NCBI RefSeq assembly: GCF_902652985.1 | Contig: NC_047028.1 | Span: forward strand, 12,462,001 to 12,526,000 | Reading direction: 5' to 3' | From: Pecten maximus | Lineage: Eukaryota | Length of the DNA stretch: 64,000 nucleotides | Shown: positions 62,501 through 64,000 of the stretch, piece by piece | Position numbering within the stretch: position 1 is the stretch's first letter | How the letters are laid out: each line of letters begins with the position of its first letter | Notes under the pieces: model-generated | Told to the model about the DNA's origin: nothing | The model's input: the letters and a program-made list of their open reading frames with translations, nothing else | Database searches by the model: none | Made by a program: the position numbers and the translations under genes

Positions 62501-64000
62501 CATCCTTCCCTGTCTGTGGTATCATTCTCCCTCCACCTCATCCCCCCTGTCTGTGGTGTCATTCTCTCTCCACCTCATCCCTCCCTGTCTGTGTTATCAT
62601 TCTCCCTCCACCTCATCCCTCCCTGTCTGTGATATCATTCTCCCTCCACCTCATCCCTCCCTGTCTGTGATATCATTCTCCCTCCACCTCATCCCTCCCT
62701 GTCTGTGTTATCATTCTCCACCTCATCCCTCCCTGTCTGTGTTATCATTCTCCACCTCATCCCTCCCTGTCTGTGTTATCATTCTCCACCTCATCCCTCC
62801 CTGTCTGTGATATCATTCTCCACCTCATCCCTCCCTGTCTGTGATATCATTCTCCACCTCATCCCTCCCTGTCTGTGATATCATTCTCCCTCCACCTCAT
62901 CCCTCCCTGTCTGTGATATCATTCTCCCTCCACCTCATCCCTCCCTGTCTGTGGTATCATTCTCCCTCCACCCCATCCCTCCCTGTCTGTGGTATCATTC
63001 TCTCTCCATCTCATCCCTCCCTGTCTGTGGTATCATTCTCCCTCAACCTCATCCCTCCCTGTCTGTGATATCATTCTCCCTCCACCTCATCCCTCCCTGT
63101 CTGTGATATCATTCTCCCTCCACCTCATCCCTCCCAGTCTGTGGTATCATTCTCCCTCCACCTCATCCCTCCCTGTCTGTGGTATCATTCTCCCTCCACC
63201 TCATCCCTCCCTGTCTGTGCATTCTCCCTCCACCTCATCCCTCCCTGTCTGTGATATGATTCTCCCTCCACCTCATCCCTCCCTGTCTGTGATATGATTC
63301 TCCCTCCACCTCATCCCTCCCTGTCTGTGGTATCATTCTCCACCTCATCCCTCCCTGTCTGTGTTATCATTCTCCCTCCACCTCATCCCTCCCTGTCTGT
63401 GATATCATTCTCCCTCCACCTCATCCCTCCCTGTCTGTGGTATCATTCTCCCTCCACCTCATCCCTCCCTGTCTGTGGTATCATTCTCCACCTCATCCCT
63501 CCCTGTCTGTGGTATCATTCTCTCTCCACCCCATCCCTCCCTGTCTGTGGTATCATTGTCCCTCCACCTCATCCCTCCCTGTCTGTGGTATCATTCTCCA
63601 CCTCATCCCTCCCTGTCTGTGGTATCATTCTCCACCTCATCCCTCCCTGTCTGTGATATGATTCTCCCTCCACCTCATCCCTCCCTATCTGTGGTATCAT
63701 TCTCCCTCCACCTAATTCCTCCCTGTCTGTGATATCATTCTCCCTCCACCTCATCCCTCCCTGTCTGTGGTATCATTCTCTCTCCACCTCATCCCTCCCT
63801 GTCTGTGTTATCATTCTCCCTCCACCTCATCCCTCCCTGTCTGTAATATCATTCTCCTCCACCTCATCCCTCCCTGTCTGTATTATCATTCTCCACCTCA
63901 TCCCTCCCTGTCTGTGGTATCATTCTCCCTCCACCTCATCCCTCCCTGTCTGTGGTATCATTCTCCACCTCATCCCTCCCTGTCTGTGGTATCATTCTCC
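59558..64000. repeat. Intronic C/T-rich 38/34-bp satellite, >4.4 kb, runs off the window end
   Basis: Unit CATTCTCCCTCCACCTCATCCCTCCCTGTCTGTGGTAT and a 34-bp variant lacking CTCC. Confidence 0.97.

Noticed and set aside
59540-63754. Pro/Ser/His/Cys-rich ORFs
   Set aside because: Translations of the 38/34-bp intronic satellite; unit lengths are not multiples of three.

Overview
AT-rich, repeat-dense animal genomic DNA. The SINE and Helentron-type repeats suggest a bivalve mollusc, possibly a scallop (inference). The centrepiece is a tandem array of four highly similar serpin genes on the + strand (21409-22596, 28542-29783, 36190-37431, 46128-47369). Each has its whole CDS in one exon and a conserved non-coding first exon. 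Copies 2-4 encode a signal peptide plus C-terminal KDEL (ER/secretory-pathway serpins) but carry different reactive-centre loops: P1 Phe, P1 Cys and a dibasic Lys-Arg. Copy 1 has lost both the signal-peptide ATG and the KDEL, although fossil traces of both remain, and it has a Phe-Gly loop. Copy 3 is a chimera made by a ~7.6-9.6 kb tandem duplication with breakpoints in intron 1, and the coding sequences are recombination mosaics. Also present are a divergent, frameshifted DUF1647-like type II membrane protein gene (- strand, ~14.2-15.1 kb) and the first six exons of an uncharacterised gene (+ strand, 54570-59340). The rest of the window holds three Helentron-type (HINE/DINE-like) elements, tRNA-derived SINEs, an IS3EU-like MITE, a deleted Harbinger, LINE remnants, palindromic MITEs and many mini/satellite arrays. 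Most long ORFs in the ORF track are artefacts of these arrays.
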